Part shown: positions 1 to 8,832 of the stretch, piece by piece
How the letters are laid out: each line of letters begins with the position of its first letter
Numbering within the stretch: the first letter of the stretch is position 1
DNA from: an uncultured Fibrobacterota bacterium
GTDB lineage: Bacteria; Fibrobacterota; Chitinivibrionia; Chitinivibrionales; FEN-1185
Length of the DNA stretch: 64,000 nt
Assembly (NCBI GenBank): GCA_963753345.1
Contig: CAVWBU010000026.1
Location: 228,398-292,397 of the forward strand
Direction: 5' to 3'
Notes under the pieces: model-generated
Seen by the model: only the letters and a program-made list of their open reading frames with translations
The model's database searches: none
Told to the model about the DNA's origin: nothing
Translations under genes and position numbers: made by a program

Positions 1-1332
1 CTGCCGTACGAGTTTTACAAAGAGAAAAAGATCCGGCGCTACGGTTTTCACGGAACGTCGCATCTGTACGTTTCGCTCAAGGCGGCCGAGTTCCTCAAAC
101 GGCCCTTTTCGGGCCTCGACCTCATCTCCTGCCACCTGGGCAATGGCGCGTCGCTGTGCGCCGTGGACCACGGCCGGAGCGTGGACACGTCAATGGGCTT
201 CACGCCGACGCAAGGTTTGCTTATGGGAACGCGCAGCGGCGACCTTGATCCCGGCATCCTGATCCACCTGATGCGCACTGAGAAAATGGGCGCCGATGAC
301 CTGGAAAAGCTCATCAACAACAAAAGCGGATTTCTGGGCGTGTCGGGCATCACCAACGACATGCGCGAAATAGAGATCGCGGCGCAGCAGGGCCATCACC
401 GTGCCCTCCTGGCATACAAGACGTTCTGCTACCAGATCCGCAAGTACATCGGCGCGTACGTGGCGGCCATGCAGGGGCTCGACGCGGTGATCTTTACAGG
501 CGGGATAGGCCAGGGGAGCGCAGGCGTGCGGAGCCTTGCCTGCCAGGGTCTGGGCTACATGGGTATCGAGATCGACGAGACAAAAAACCGCAGCATCGAC
601 GGATTCGCTTCTGTAAACGACATTTCTGCCGACGGCGCCCGTGTGAGGGTGCTCGTGGTCCCCACCGACGAGGAGCGCATGATCGCCCGTGAGACCATCC
701 GCGCGGTGTCGTCCGGCTACATCGGCGACATCCTCAAGGCGCAGAAGAGCACGCCCGTGCCCATCGAAGTGTCGGCGCACCACGTGCACCTGGCCGCGGA
801 GCACGTGGAGGCGCTGTTCGGCAAAGGCAGCACGCTCACGCCCGAGCACGAGCTGTCGCAGCCGGGCCAATTCGCGTGCAAGGAAACGGTCAACCTCGTT
901 GGCCCCAAGGGACGCGTTGAGCGCGTGCGCGTGCTCGGGCCCGTGCGCAAGGAAACCCAGGTGGAAATCGCCATGACCGAGCAGTTCAAGCTGGGCATCC
1001 ACCCGCCCATCCGCGAATCGGGCGACCTGGAAAACACGCCCGGCATCACCATCGAGGGAACGGCCGGCTCGGTCGCCATCCCCAAGGGCGTGATCTGCGC
1101 GCTGCGGCATATCCATATGTCAACCGAGGACGCGCTCAAGTTCGGCCTGCGCGACAAATTCAAGGTGCGCGTGCGCGTGGAAGGGGAGAGGGAATTGGTA
1201 TTCGGCGATGTTCTGGTGAGGGTCAATCCGCAATTTAAATTGGCAATGCATATAGATACCGATGAGGGAAACGCGGCGAATATCAAGACGGGCGCGGTGG
1301 GGCATATTGAGGCGGTACAAACAAGAGATTAG
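1..1332 (+). CDS. ackA-pduL: Acetate/propionate kinase (5'-truncated by the window edge) fused to a C-terminal PduL-type phosphotransacylase
   Basis: Frame open from base 1. AckA motifs RRYGFHGTSH, CHLGNGAS, DTSMGFTP, GTRSGDLDP, FTGGIG, PTDEE are followed in frame by PduL motifs VSAHHVHL, LSQPGQFA, RVLGP, RESGDL, RHIHM, MHIDTDEGNA. Confidence 0.9.
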   Translation: MPYEFYKEKKIRRYGFHGTSHLYVSLKAAEFLKRPFSGLDLISCHLGNGASLCAVDHGRSVDTSMGFTPTQGLLMGTRSGDLDPGILIHLMRTEKMGADDLEKLINNKSGFLGVSGITNDMREIEIAAQQGHHRALLAYKTFCYQIRKYIGAYVAAMQGLDAVIFTGGIGQGSAGVRSLACQGLGYMGIEIDETKNRSIDGFASVNDISADGARVRVLVVPTDEERMIARETIRAVSSGYIGDILKAQKSTPVPIEVSAHHVHLAAEHVEALFGKGSTLTPEHELSQPGQFACKETVNLVGPKGRVERVRVLGPVRKETQVEIAMTEQFKLGIHPPIRESGDLENTPGITIEGTAGSVAIPKGVICALRHIHMSTEDALKFGLRDKFKVRVRVEGERELVFGDVLVRVNPQFKLAMHIDTDEGNAANIKTGAVGHIEAVQTRD

Positions 1333-1363
1333 ATATATAATTATCTCAAGTCAAGAAGAATGT

Positions 1364-1805
1364 CTGGGCGTTCCCCCTTGTAGAGGCACACGGCCGTGCG
1401 CCTCTACAAGGGGTCGGCCCTCCTTCCGGTCTCGGCCTTCGGCCTCGGGCCGCCTGCCACGAGGGCCCTGCGGGCCGTGGTCAGGCAGCACCGCGTTCTA
1501 ACGCGGCCTCCAGTCCTGCCTAACGCGCGGCAGTGGAAATCTATTTAGTCAAATATTTATTCTCGCGCCAATCGATATTCAAAACACGCATACGTAAACG
1601 CGTCTACGCGTGTACCTGCCAAATTCTCAACTTCTCAACATCTCAACTACTCTTCGTGGGTGCCCCCGCACAGGTGCATGGTTCTGCAACTGCTTCTACT
1701 TGGGGTGCACCCAGGAGGGGGTAGCGGAAGCCCGGCACGCGTGTGATCTCAAGAGTCAATATCGTGCCGCGTGCCGGGCTGGAGCGAGGGGGAAACTTCC
1801 CCCAC
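1364..1805. repeat. Bipartite structured intergenic element, copy 1 (module 1 at 1364-1533, module 2 at 1658-1805)
   Basis: CTGGGCGTTCCCC-hairpin-GGGTCGG...CCTAACGCGCGG and GGGTGCCCCCGCA...GAGGGGGT...GCGAGGGGGAAACTTCCCCCAC recur at 4322-4715 and 8318-8801. Confidence 0.8.
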
Positions 1806-1840
1806 ATGAATATTATAAAACGATGCTTGACAAATAACTT

Positions 1841-2869
1841 CTACGCCTTTTCCGCCAACTCTTTAATTAGTCTCTCCGTATCATCCCACCCCAGACACGG
1901 ATCGGTAATCGACTTCCCATATACATTTTCATCCGGCTTCTGCGTTCCTTCCTCAATAAAGCTCTCGATCATGAGGCCGCGAACGATTTTCCGCAGCGTG
2001 GGGGACTGTCTTCTGCTCTCCATGATCTCGAGCGCGATCCTCGGCTGGTCCTTGTACCGCTTGTTGGAATTGGAGTGGTTGGTGTCGACCACGATTGCCG
2101 GATTGACAAGCCCGCGCCGGTGGTATTTCTCCGCGCAGAGCATGAGGTCCTCGTAGTGGTAGTTGGGGATGTTCTGCCCGTAGTGGTTCACCGCGCCGCG
2201 CAGCACCGCATGCGCGTGCGGGTTGCCGCTCGTGCTCACTTCCCACCCGTTGTAGAGAAAAACGTGGCCCGTCTGCGCCGCCGCAATGGCGTTGAACATC
2301 ACCTCCATGTCGCCGCTTGTAGGGTTCTTGGCGCCCACCGGAATGTCAAGCCCGCTCACGGTGAGGCGGTGCGCCTGGTTCTCAACCGAGCGCGCGCCGA
2401 TTGCGACGTACGAAAGCAGGTCTTCGAGGTAGGGATAGTTTTCCGGGTACAGCATTTCGTCGGCTGCGGAAAGCCCGGTCTCGGAGAGCGCGCGGATGTG
2501 CATGCGCCGTATGGCGCGCAGGCCCTCCACGATGTTCGGCTCCTTCTGCGGGTCGGGCTGGTGAGCCATGCCCTTGTATCCCACGCCCATGGTGCGGGGC
2601 TTGTTGGTGTAGATGCGCGGCACAAGGATGAGGCGGTCTTTCACTGCTTCGCCGGTCTTGGCGAGCCTGTTGATGTAGTCGCACACCGCGTCTTCGTCGT
2701 GCGCCGAGCACGGGCCGACGATGAGCACGAATCGGTCGGTTGTTCCCGACAGGGCGTCGATGATGTCGCGATCGCGCTGCTGCTTGATGTCGGTGAAGTA
2801 TTTTGACAAGGGCATCTGCGAGAGAATTTCCTTGACTGTGGGGACTTTCTTGAGTTTCTTGAAGCTCAT
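1841..2869 (-). CDS. aroF: 3-deoxy-7-phosphoheptulonate (DAHP) synthase, class I alpha
   Basis: IVGPCSAHD, KPRT, AIGARS, KNPTSG, LRG, DTNHSNS, GLMIES and YGKSITDPCLGW motifs. Start taken at MSFKK. Confidence 0.92.
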   Translation of the reverse strand: MSFKKLKKVPTVKEILSQMPLSKYFTDIKQQRDRDIIDALSGTTDRFVLIVGPCSAHDEDAVCDYINRLAKTGEAVKDRLILVPRIYTNKPRTMGVGYKGMAHQPDPQKEPNIVEGLRAIRRMHIRALSETGLSAADEMLYPENYPYLEDLLSYVAIGARSVENQAHRLTVSGLDIPVGAKNPTSGDMEVMFNAIAAAQTGHVFLYNGWEVSTSGNPHAHAVLRGAVNHYGQNIPNYHYEDLMLCAEKYHRRGLVNPAIVVDTNHSNSNKRYKDQPRIALEIMESRRQSPTLRKIVRGLMIESFIEEGTQKPDENVYGKSITDPCLGWDDTERLIKELAEKA

Positions 2870-2950
2870 GGATATTTCCAATACAATAAAGGGTGATGAC
2901 TGAAACGGAAAGTTACCTTTTGAAATATACAATCAAGAGATGTGATTTAG

Positions 2951-3024
2951 GTGGGGGAAGTGCCCACTTGTAAGTAAGAAAGGCGGAAATTGGGCGCCCC
3001 GCCGCTATGCGGCGGAACGCCCAA
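2951..3024. repeat. Short inverted remnant carrying both ends of the bipartite element
   Basis: The reverse complement begins TTGGGCGTTCC-hairpin and ends ACTTCCCCCAC, the two termini of the ~400-480 bp copies. Confidence 0.5.
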
Positions 3025-3053
3025 TTCTTCTTTCTATCGTACTTACCATGCAG

Positions 3054-4280
3054 TCAATAATCCGCTATTATCTCCTCGCCATTGACAACTACGAGTCTCG
3101 CCTCCGGCTCGCCCATGATGAGTTCTTCGAGAAGGTCGGCACCGGGTTTCTGCGGAAAGCGCAGGCCCGTGATGTCGGCCCGCAGCCCCGTCGCAAGGCT
3201 TCCGATTTGTGAAGATGCGCCGAGCGCGGCCGCCGGGTTTGAGGTGATCCAGCGGAGCATGTCGGCCGCCGGCACATGGGGGTACGCGCGCCGGGCGCAG
3301 AACAGTTCGTCGAACAGGTTCATGGAGCGCTCGAGCGAGAGGCTCTCGGTGGCGGCGCAGAGCAGCATGCCGCGGTTGATCGCGGCGTCGAGCGGGAAAG
3401 CCTTGTGGCCCGCTTCGCGCGAGTACTGGAAGCAGAGCACGATGGACGCACCGAGCTCGGCAAGCCGCGAAAGCTCCTGGCCGTTGACGTAATTGCAGTG
3501 GTAGCAGATCGCTCCCGGCGGGATCAGGTTTTCCGAAAGCGCGCAGTCCATGGAGCCCGTGGTCACCCGGCCGAAAGGCCAGGGCTTTCGGCGCGTCATC
3601 TGAAAATAGAGGTCGCCGGTCTGATCGGAAAACGCCTGGAGCTCCTCTGCGCTCTCCGCGACATGGCACGACCACAAATACCCGTTTCGGCGTCCGAACT
3701 CGGCAAGGGCCGCGTGAGCGTCCGGCGACAGCGAGTACACCGCATGCGGTCCTACCCCGGTGGCGGCGCGGTCCGCGGCCGCGCCGATACGGTGGGAAAG
3801 CGCGACGACGATTTCGTTCTCGTCCTCGGCCGTCTCGGGGTGCGCCTCGTGGAACACATAGGAGCGGATAGGCTCCTGCGCAAGCACGCGGCCGGAAATT
3901 CCCCTTTGTGAACAGTCCGCCACGGTGGTGATGCCGGACGAAAGCATTTCCCTGGTCGCGAGCCGCACCGCGTTTTCAATCGCGGCGTCGGAACAATGGC
4001 GCAGCCGCGTGCCGCGCTTCGCGGTCCACGAGGCGAATGTTTCGTTTTCGGCCCTCGGCATGTCGCGCACTACGTTTTCCTCAAGGTGCGTGTGGATGTT
4101 GATGAGGCCGGGCAGAAGAAACATGTCGCCGAGGTTCACCACGCGGTCTTGGTCGCCGTGTTTCGTCCAGCCCCTTGGTCCGGCGCTCAGGATACGGCCG
4201 TTCTCCACGGATACTGCCGCGTTGTGAAGCACTTCGAAGGAGGGGAGAAGGACCCATTTGGCGAAATAAATAGTAGCCAT
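3054..4280 (-). CDS. Metal-dependent amidohydrolase (TRZ/ATZ or aminodeoxyfutalosine-deaminase-like)
   Basis: LLPGLINIHTHLE, SGITTVAD, GPHAVYS and HVAES motifs. Confidence 0.85.
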   Translation of the reverse strand: MATIYFAKWVLLPSFEVLHNAAVSVENGRILSAGPRGWTKHGDQDRVVNLGDMFLLPGLINIHTHLEENVVRDMPRAENETFASWTAKRGTRLRHCSDAAIENAVRLATREMLSSGITTVADCSQRGISGRVLAQEPIRSYVFHEAHPETAEDENEIVVALSHRIGAAADRAATGVGPHAVYSLSPDAHAALAEFGRRNGYLWSCHVAESAEELQAFSDQTGDLYFQMTRRKPWPFGRVTTGSMDCALSENLIPPGAICYHCNYVNGQELSRLAELGASIVLCFQYSREAGHKAFPLDAAINRGMLLCAATESLSLERSMNLFDELFCARRAYPHVPAADMLRWITSNPAAALGASSQIGSLATGLRADITGLRFPQKPGADLLEELIMGEPEARLVVVNGEEIIADY

Positions 4281-4321
4281 GTGATGAGGTGCAAAATAAG
4301 TCTTCCAAGAGACGAGAAGAT

Positions 4322-4715
4322 CTGGGCGTTCCCCTCCCCCTCGACAAGCTCGGGGTCGGGTCGGTTCTCCTTCCGGTCTCGGGCCATGCCCTCGGGCCGC
4401 CACGGCCCTATGGCCCACAGGGCCGGGTCCGGGCGGCATCCCGCTATGGCGGGACCTCCAGTCGCCCCTAACGCGCGGAAACGGAATTCTATTCAGTCAA
4501 TTACCTATTCTTGCGCCAATTGGAATCTCAGGGAGAAAAGCAACATTCTTGATGTTAACTTTTCAACTATTCAACTCTCTTTCTCGGGTGCCCCCGCAGC
4601 CGAAGCTTGTTTCTTGCAAATCAACTCTCTTGGGGGCCACCCACGAGGGGGTATGCCGCCCGGATCACCGGTGCGCAGCGCCGGAAGCCGGCAGCGAGGG
4701 GGACACTTCCCCCAC
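4322..4715. repeat. Bipartite structured intergenic element, copy 2 (4322-4478 and 4586-4715)
   Basis: Same conserved blocks as copy 1, with different hairpin inserts. Confidence 0.8.
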
Positions 4716-4845
4716 CAACTAAGTACTATTTACCAAAAATTCTAGAAATTACAGTTGCACATCAATCCATCACGGAGCCATTTTTGAGGGCTGTCGAAAA
4801 TGCGACGCGGGCAAAATTGGTTTATTACTCAGCCGAGAAACGTTT

Positions 4846-7497
4846 ATGAACGCCGCCCCCAACGCTCCGAACCGGCCTGCCCCGAAAAGGTCCCTTCTCA
4901 AGTCAAAAACCGCCGCCGATGCAAGGAAGCTCATTGACGCATGCGCATGCACCGAAGGCGAGGCGTTTCGCATTCTGCAAACCGGGCAGGCCGGGCTCTC
5001 AGCGCAACAGGCTGCGGAGCGCCTCGCTACGGTAGGTCCCAACACCCCGGCGTCGGCGCGGAAGACTTCCGCATTGGTGGACCTTTTCCAGCGCGGAAAG
5101 GACCCGCTGGTGATCCAGCTCATGGTGATAAGCGTCGTGGCACTGCTCATGGGCGACGTGCGGTCGGCCGTGGTGGTGGCGCTCATGCTGATGCTGAGCG
5201 TGGTGCTCGCCTATGTTCAGGAGCAGCGCTCCATCCGGGCGGCCGAGGAGCTCAAAAAGCTGGTTCAGACGTCGGCGCTGGTGGTCCGCGACGGCAAGGA
5301 ACAGGAGATACAGCTGTCCGAGGTTGTTCCGGGCGACCTTGTGGTGCTCGCGGCCGGCGCCATCATCCCCGCCGACATCCGCGTCGTATCGGCAAAAGAC
5401 TTCTTTGTCAACCAATCGTCCATGACCGGCGAGTCCATGCCCGTGGAAAAGGGCCCGGCGGTCGCGGCCGCGCCGGTGACCGAGGCGCTCGACCTCCCCA
5501 ACGCGTGCTTCCAGGGGAGCACCGTGGTGAGCGGTTCGGCCAGGGGCGTCGCGGTGTGCACCGGAGGGTCAACGCTGCTCGGCGCCATCGCGCGCGACGT
5601 GTCGCGCGACAAGGAGGCCACGAGCTTTGACAAAGGGGTAAAATCGTTCGTATGGCTCATGGTGCGGTTCATGGTGGTGATGGTGTCGGCGGTGTTTCTT
5701 ATTGTGGGCATCACCAAACACGACTGGATGGAGGCGCTTTTGTTCGGGCTTTCGGTGGCCGTGGGTCTCACGCCCGAGATGCTCCCCATGATAATGACCG
5801 TGTGCCTGTCCAAGGGCGCCATCGCTATGTCGCGGAAAAAGGTTATCGTCAAGAAGCTCAAGGCCATTCAGAATTTCGGGGCCATGAACATATTGTGCAC
5901 CGACAAGACCGGCACGCTCACGCAGGACAAAATCGTGCTCGAACGGTACGTCGACGTCACCAACCGGCCCAGCGAGGACGTGCTGCGCTACGCCTACATG
6001 AACAGCTACTACCAGACCGGCCTGAGAAACCTGCTCGACAAGGCGATACTGGGCCACGAAGACCTCGATGTGGAACGCTCCTGCCGCAAGGTCGACGAAC
6101 TGCCATTTGATTTCGTGCGCAAGCGCATGTCGGTGGTTATCGACAGCGAAGACATGCATGTTCTTATCTGTAAAGGCGCGGTCGAGGAGGTGTACGGCGT
6201 TTCCACCTATTACCAGGTGGACGACGACATTTACCCCCTGTTTGATGTTGTGCGCAACGATCTCATGGAGGAGTACCAGCGCCTGAGTTCCGACGGCTAC
6301 CGCGTGCTGGCGGTCGCCTACAAGGAATTCCCTAAAGACAAGGAGTCGTTTTCCGCAGCGGACGAAACCGGCCTGGTGCTGCTCGGGTACCTCGCGTTCT
6401 TCGACCCGCCCAAGGAATCGTCGGCGCAGGCCATCAAGGCGCTCTCGGAAGCGGGCGTCGCGGTGAAGATCCTCACGGGCGACAACGAACTTGTCACGCG
6501 CAACGTTTGCAGGAACGTGGGGCTGGACGTGGACACCGTGATCACCGGTTCCCAGCTCGCCGGGCTTTCCGAGGAGCAGCTCTGTAAGACGGTGATCGAG
6601 GGCGTGGCGTTCGCCCGTCTGTCTCCCATGCAGAAGGAGACGATCATCGAGTGCCTCAAGCGCCAGGGCAAGACCGTGGGCTTTCTGGGCGACGGCATCA
6701 ACGACGCGGCGGCGCTCAAGGCCGCCGATGTGGGCATTTCGGTGGACACCGCGGTGGACATCGCCAAGGAATCGGCCGACATCATCCTCCTCGAGCGCAG
6801 CCTGCTCGTGCTGGAGGAGGGCATCAAGGAGGGCCGCAGGATTTTCGCGAACATCATCAAGTACATCAAGATGGGCGCGAGCTCGAATTTCGGCAACATG
6901 TTCAGCGTGGTGGGCGGCAGCTACTTTCTGCCCTTCTTGCCCATGGCGCCCATACAGGTGCTGCTCAACAACCTGCTCTACGACATATCGCAGACCGGCA
7001 TTCCCACCGACCATGTCGACGAGGAACTGGTTGCGAAGCCGCAGGCCTGGGACGTGGGGTTCATCAGGCGGTTCATGATGATTATCGGGCCTATAAGCTC
7101 GATATTCGACTATGCCACGTTTTTTCTCATGCTGTACTTCTTCAAGTGCATTGTGTTTTCGCATGAGGGAACGTCCCACGAGATGAAATCGCACCTCGAA
7201 TGCCTGTTTCACACCGGGTGGTTCATCGAATCGATTTTTACCCAGACGCTCATCGTCCACATCATTCGGACCAACAGGATCCCCTTTCTGCAAAGCAGGC
7301 CGAGCGCCGGACTCCTGTTCTCCACCCTCGGCATTCTCGCGGTGGGGGCGTACCTGCCGTATTCCCCTTTGGCAACATACCTCGGCCTCGTGCCGCTGCC
7401 GCTTGTCTACTGGGGGTGGATTGCCGGGTTTATGGCCTGCTACGCGCTCATCACCAACACGGTGAAGCAATGGTTTAACCGCAAATACGGAGTGTAA
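4846..7497 (+). CDS. mgtA: Mg2+-translocating P-type ATPase
   Basis: TGES, GLTPEMLP, DKTGTLT, KGAVEE, TGD, GDGINDA and ASSNFGN motifs; 883 aa. Confidence 0.93.
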   Translation: MNAAPNAPNRPAPKRSLLKSKTAADARKLIDACACTEGEAFRILQTGQAGLSAQQAAERLATVGPNTPASARKTSALVDLFQRGKDPLVIQLMVISVVALLMGDVRSAVVVALMLMLSVVLAYVQEQRSIRAAEELKKLVQTSALVVRDGKEQEIQLSEVVPGDLVVLAAGAIIPADIRVVSAKDFFVNQSSMTGESMPVEKGPAVAAAPVTEALDLPNACFQGSTVVSGSARGVAVCTGGSTLLGAIARDVSRDKEATSFDKGVKSFVWLMVRFMVVMVSAVFLIVGITKHDWMEALLFGLSVAVGLTPEMLPMIMTVCLSKGAIAMSRKKVIVKKLKAIQNFGAMNILCTDKTGTLTQDKIVLERYVDVTNRPSEDVLRYAYMNSYYQTGLRNLLDKAILGHEDLDVERSCRKVDELPFDFVRKRMSVVIDSEDMHVLICKGAVEEVYGVSTYYQVDDDIYPLFDVVRNDLMEEYQRLSSDGYRVLAVAYKEFPKDKESFSAADETGLVLLGYLAFFDPPKESSAQAIKALSEAGVAVKILTGDNELVTRNVCRNVGLDVDTVITGSQLAGLSEEQLCKTVIEGVAFARLSPMQKETIIECLKRQGKTVGFLGDGINDAAALKAADVGISVDTAVDIAKESADIILLERSLLVLEEGIKEGRRIFANIIKYIKMGASSNFGNMFSVVGGSYFLPFLPMAPIQVLLNNLLYDISQTGIPTDHVDEELVAKPQAWDVGFIRRFMMIIGPISSIFDYATFFLMLYFFKCIVFSHEGTSHEMKSHLECLFHTGWFIESIFTQTLIVHIIRTNRIPFLQSRPSAGLLFSTLGILAVGAYLPYSPLATYLGLVPLPLVYWGWIAGFMACYALITNTVKQWFNRKYGV

Positions 7498-7499
7498 CC

Positions 7500-8312
7500 A
7501 TGAAGAGCCTTCTCTCGGCGCTCCAGGAAGGGCGCCTCGTGGAACTGCCGGACCCCAACAAGGAAAAGGCGCTGGAGTACCTTGCGCTGCTCATCGAGGC
7601 CATTCCCGACGGGCACGCCCAGGCCGACATTGTCCAGGAAGTAAAGCAGCGGGAGGCGGCGGCGAGCACGGCGCTGGGCAAGGGCATCGCGTGCCCGCAC
7701 GCGCGCAGGATCGGCGAGGGCGACCTGCTCTGCGCCGTGGGATGGTCGCCGCAGGGCATCGACTACGGCGCGCCCGACGGCCAGAAGGTGCAGCTCGTGA
7801 TCATGTACTTCATTCCCGACTCACAGCGCAATTCGTACCTCAAGGAGATCTCGGGCCTTGCCAAGGCCGTTGACAAAACAAAAGGCATCGCGTCCATCGC
7901 CACCGCGGGCGACATCCATGCCGTCCGCAGCCAGCTGCTTGACTGGGTCGGATACGCCATCGACTCCGCGATCCCCGATGCCAAGGCGCGGATGATCAAG
8001 CTTCAGGAGAAGCAGGCTGCCATCATGGCCGGCGAACCCGGCAAGGCGGCGCGGCCGTTTACCATCGTTCCGTTCTACGTTCTCGTGGCCGAGGCGGCAA
8101 AACCCGTGGTGCTCGCACCCGACGCCGATTTCGTGAAGGCCATCGAATCGCAACCGTCAATTACCGACCTGCTCCGAAAGACCGACGCGTTCGAGTGCGG
8201 CGGTTACCAGATCATGGTGCGCTCGGCCTCGAGCTTCGCGGCCAACAGGGTTCTGCATGATTGTCTTGCAGTAAAGCCTGCTCAGAGTCCTGGATCTTCC
8301 AATACCAAATAA
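7500..8312 (+). CDS. PTS EIIA (Ntr/fructose-type) domain protein with a C-terminal extension
   Basis: REAAASTALGKGIACPHAR (phospho-His motif) and GIDYGAPDGQKVQL; starts 2 bp after the mgtA stop. Confidence 0.82.
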   Translation: MKSLLSALQEGRLVELPDPNKEKALEYLALLIEAIPDGHAQADIVQEVKQREAAASTALGKGIACPHARRIGEGDLLCAVGWSPQGIDYGAPDGQKVQLVIMYFIPDSQRNSYLKEISGLAKAVDKTKGIASIATAGDIHAVRSQLLDWVGYAIDSAIPDAKARMIKLQEKQAAIMAGEPGKAARPFTIVPFYVLVAEAAKPVVLAPDADFVKAIESQPSITDLLRKTDAFECGGYQIMVRSASSFAANRVLHDCLAVKPAQSPGSSNTK

Positions 8313-8317
8313 TGAAG

Positions 8318-8801
8318 CTGGGCGTTCCCCCTTTGTAGAGTTGCACAGCTGTGCAACTCTACAAAGGGGTCGGTCTCCCTCCGGGCTCGGCCTGTCGGCC
8401 TCGTTGCCGCTTGTCCCAACCGCCTTCGGCGAGGGATCAAGCGGCAATGCGCTCTGGCGCACCACTCCGGTCCACCTAACGCGCGGCAGAAGTTGACATC
8501 CGCAATTTTACGCTCCTCTTCGCACTATTAATCAAATCGATGAGTACCTTTCGCTCCCCCTCTCCCCGTGGGAGAGGGGGACGGGGGGTGAGGTTCTCCC
8601 CCTTATCAAGGGGGAGGTGCCGAAGGCGGAGGGGGTTCTTCCGCAGTGGTTGCGTTGCAAAGGGGCGACGGCTCGCGAGCGCCAAGCGAGCGACATAGCC
8701 GCGCCCCTTTGCTGGAGGGGGTGTGCCCCGAGACCCCGCAGACGCGCAAAGCGCGGCGAGGAGGCTTGGGGCCAGGGGGAAACGCGAAGCGGTGCCCCCA
8801 C
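8318..8801. repeat. Bipartite structured intergenic element, copy 3, with nested REP-like palindromes
   Basis: Module 1 at 8318-8489. A diverged module 2 at about 8660-8801 ends GGTGCCCCCAC. A CCCTCTCCC..GGGAGAGGG palindrome lies between them. Confidence 0.75.
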
Positions 8802-8832
8802 CAAGAGCATTAATATTAACTATTGGTATTAG

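Noticed and set aside
4586-4845. Mg2+-sensing riboswitch or leader peptide upstream of mgtA
   Set aside because: The structured sequence is a copy of the dispersed element also found between convergent genes; no M-box or mgtL features were recognised.
5569-7470. 633-aa antisense ORF and many other long overlapping ORFs
   Set aside because: Shadow ORFs of high-GC genes that have clear family motifs on the opposite strand or in another frame.
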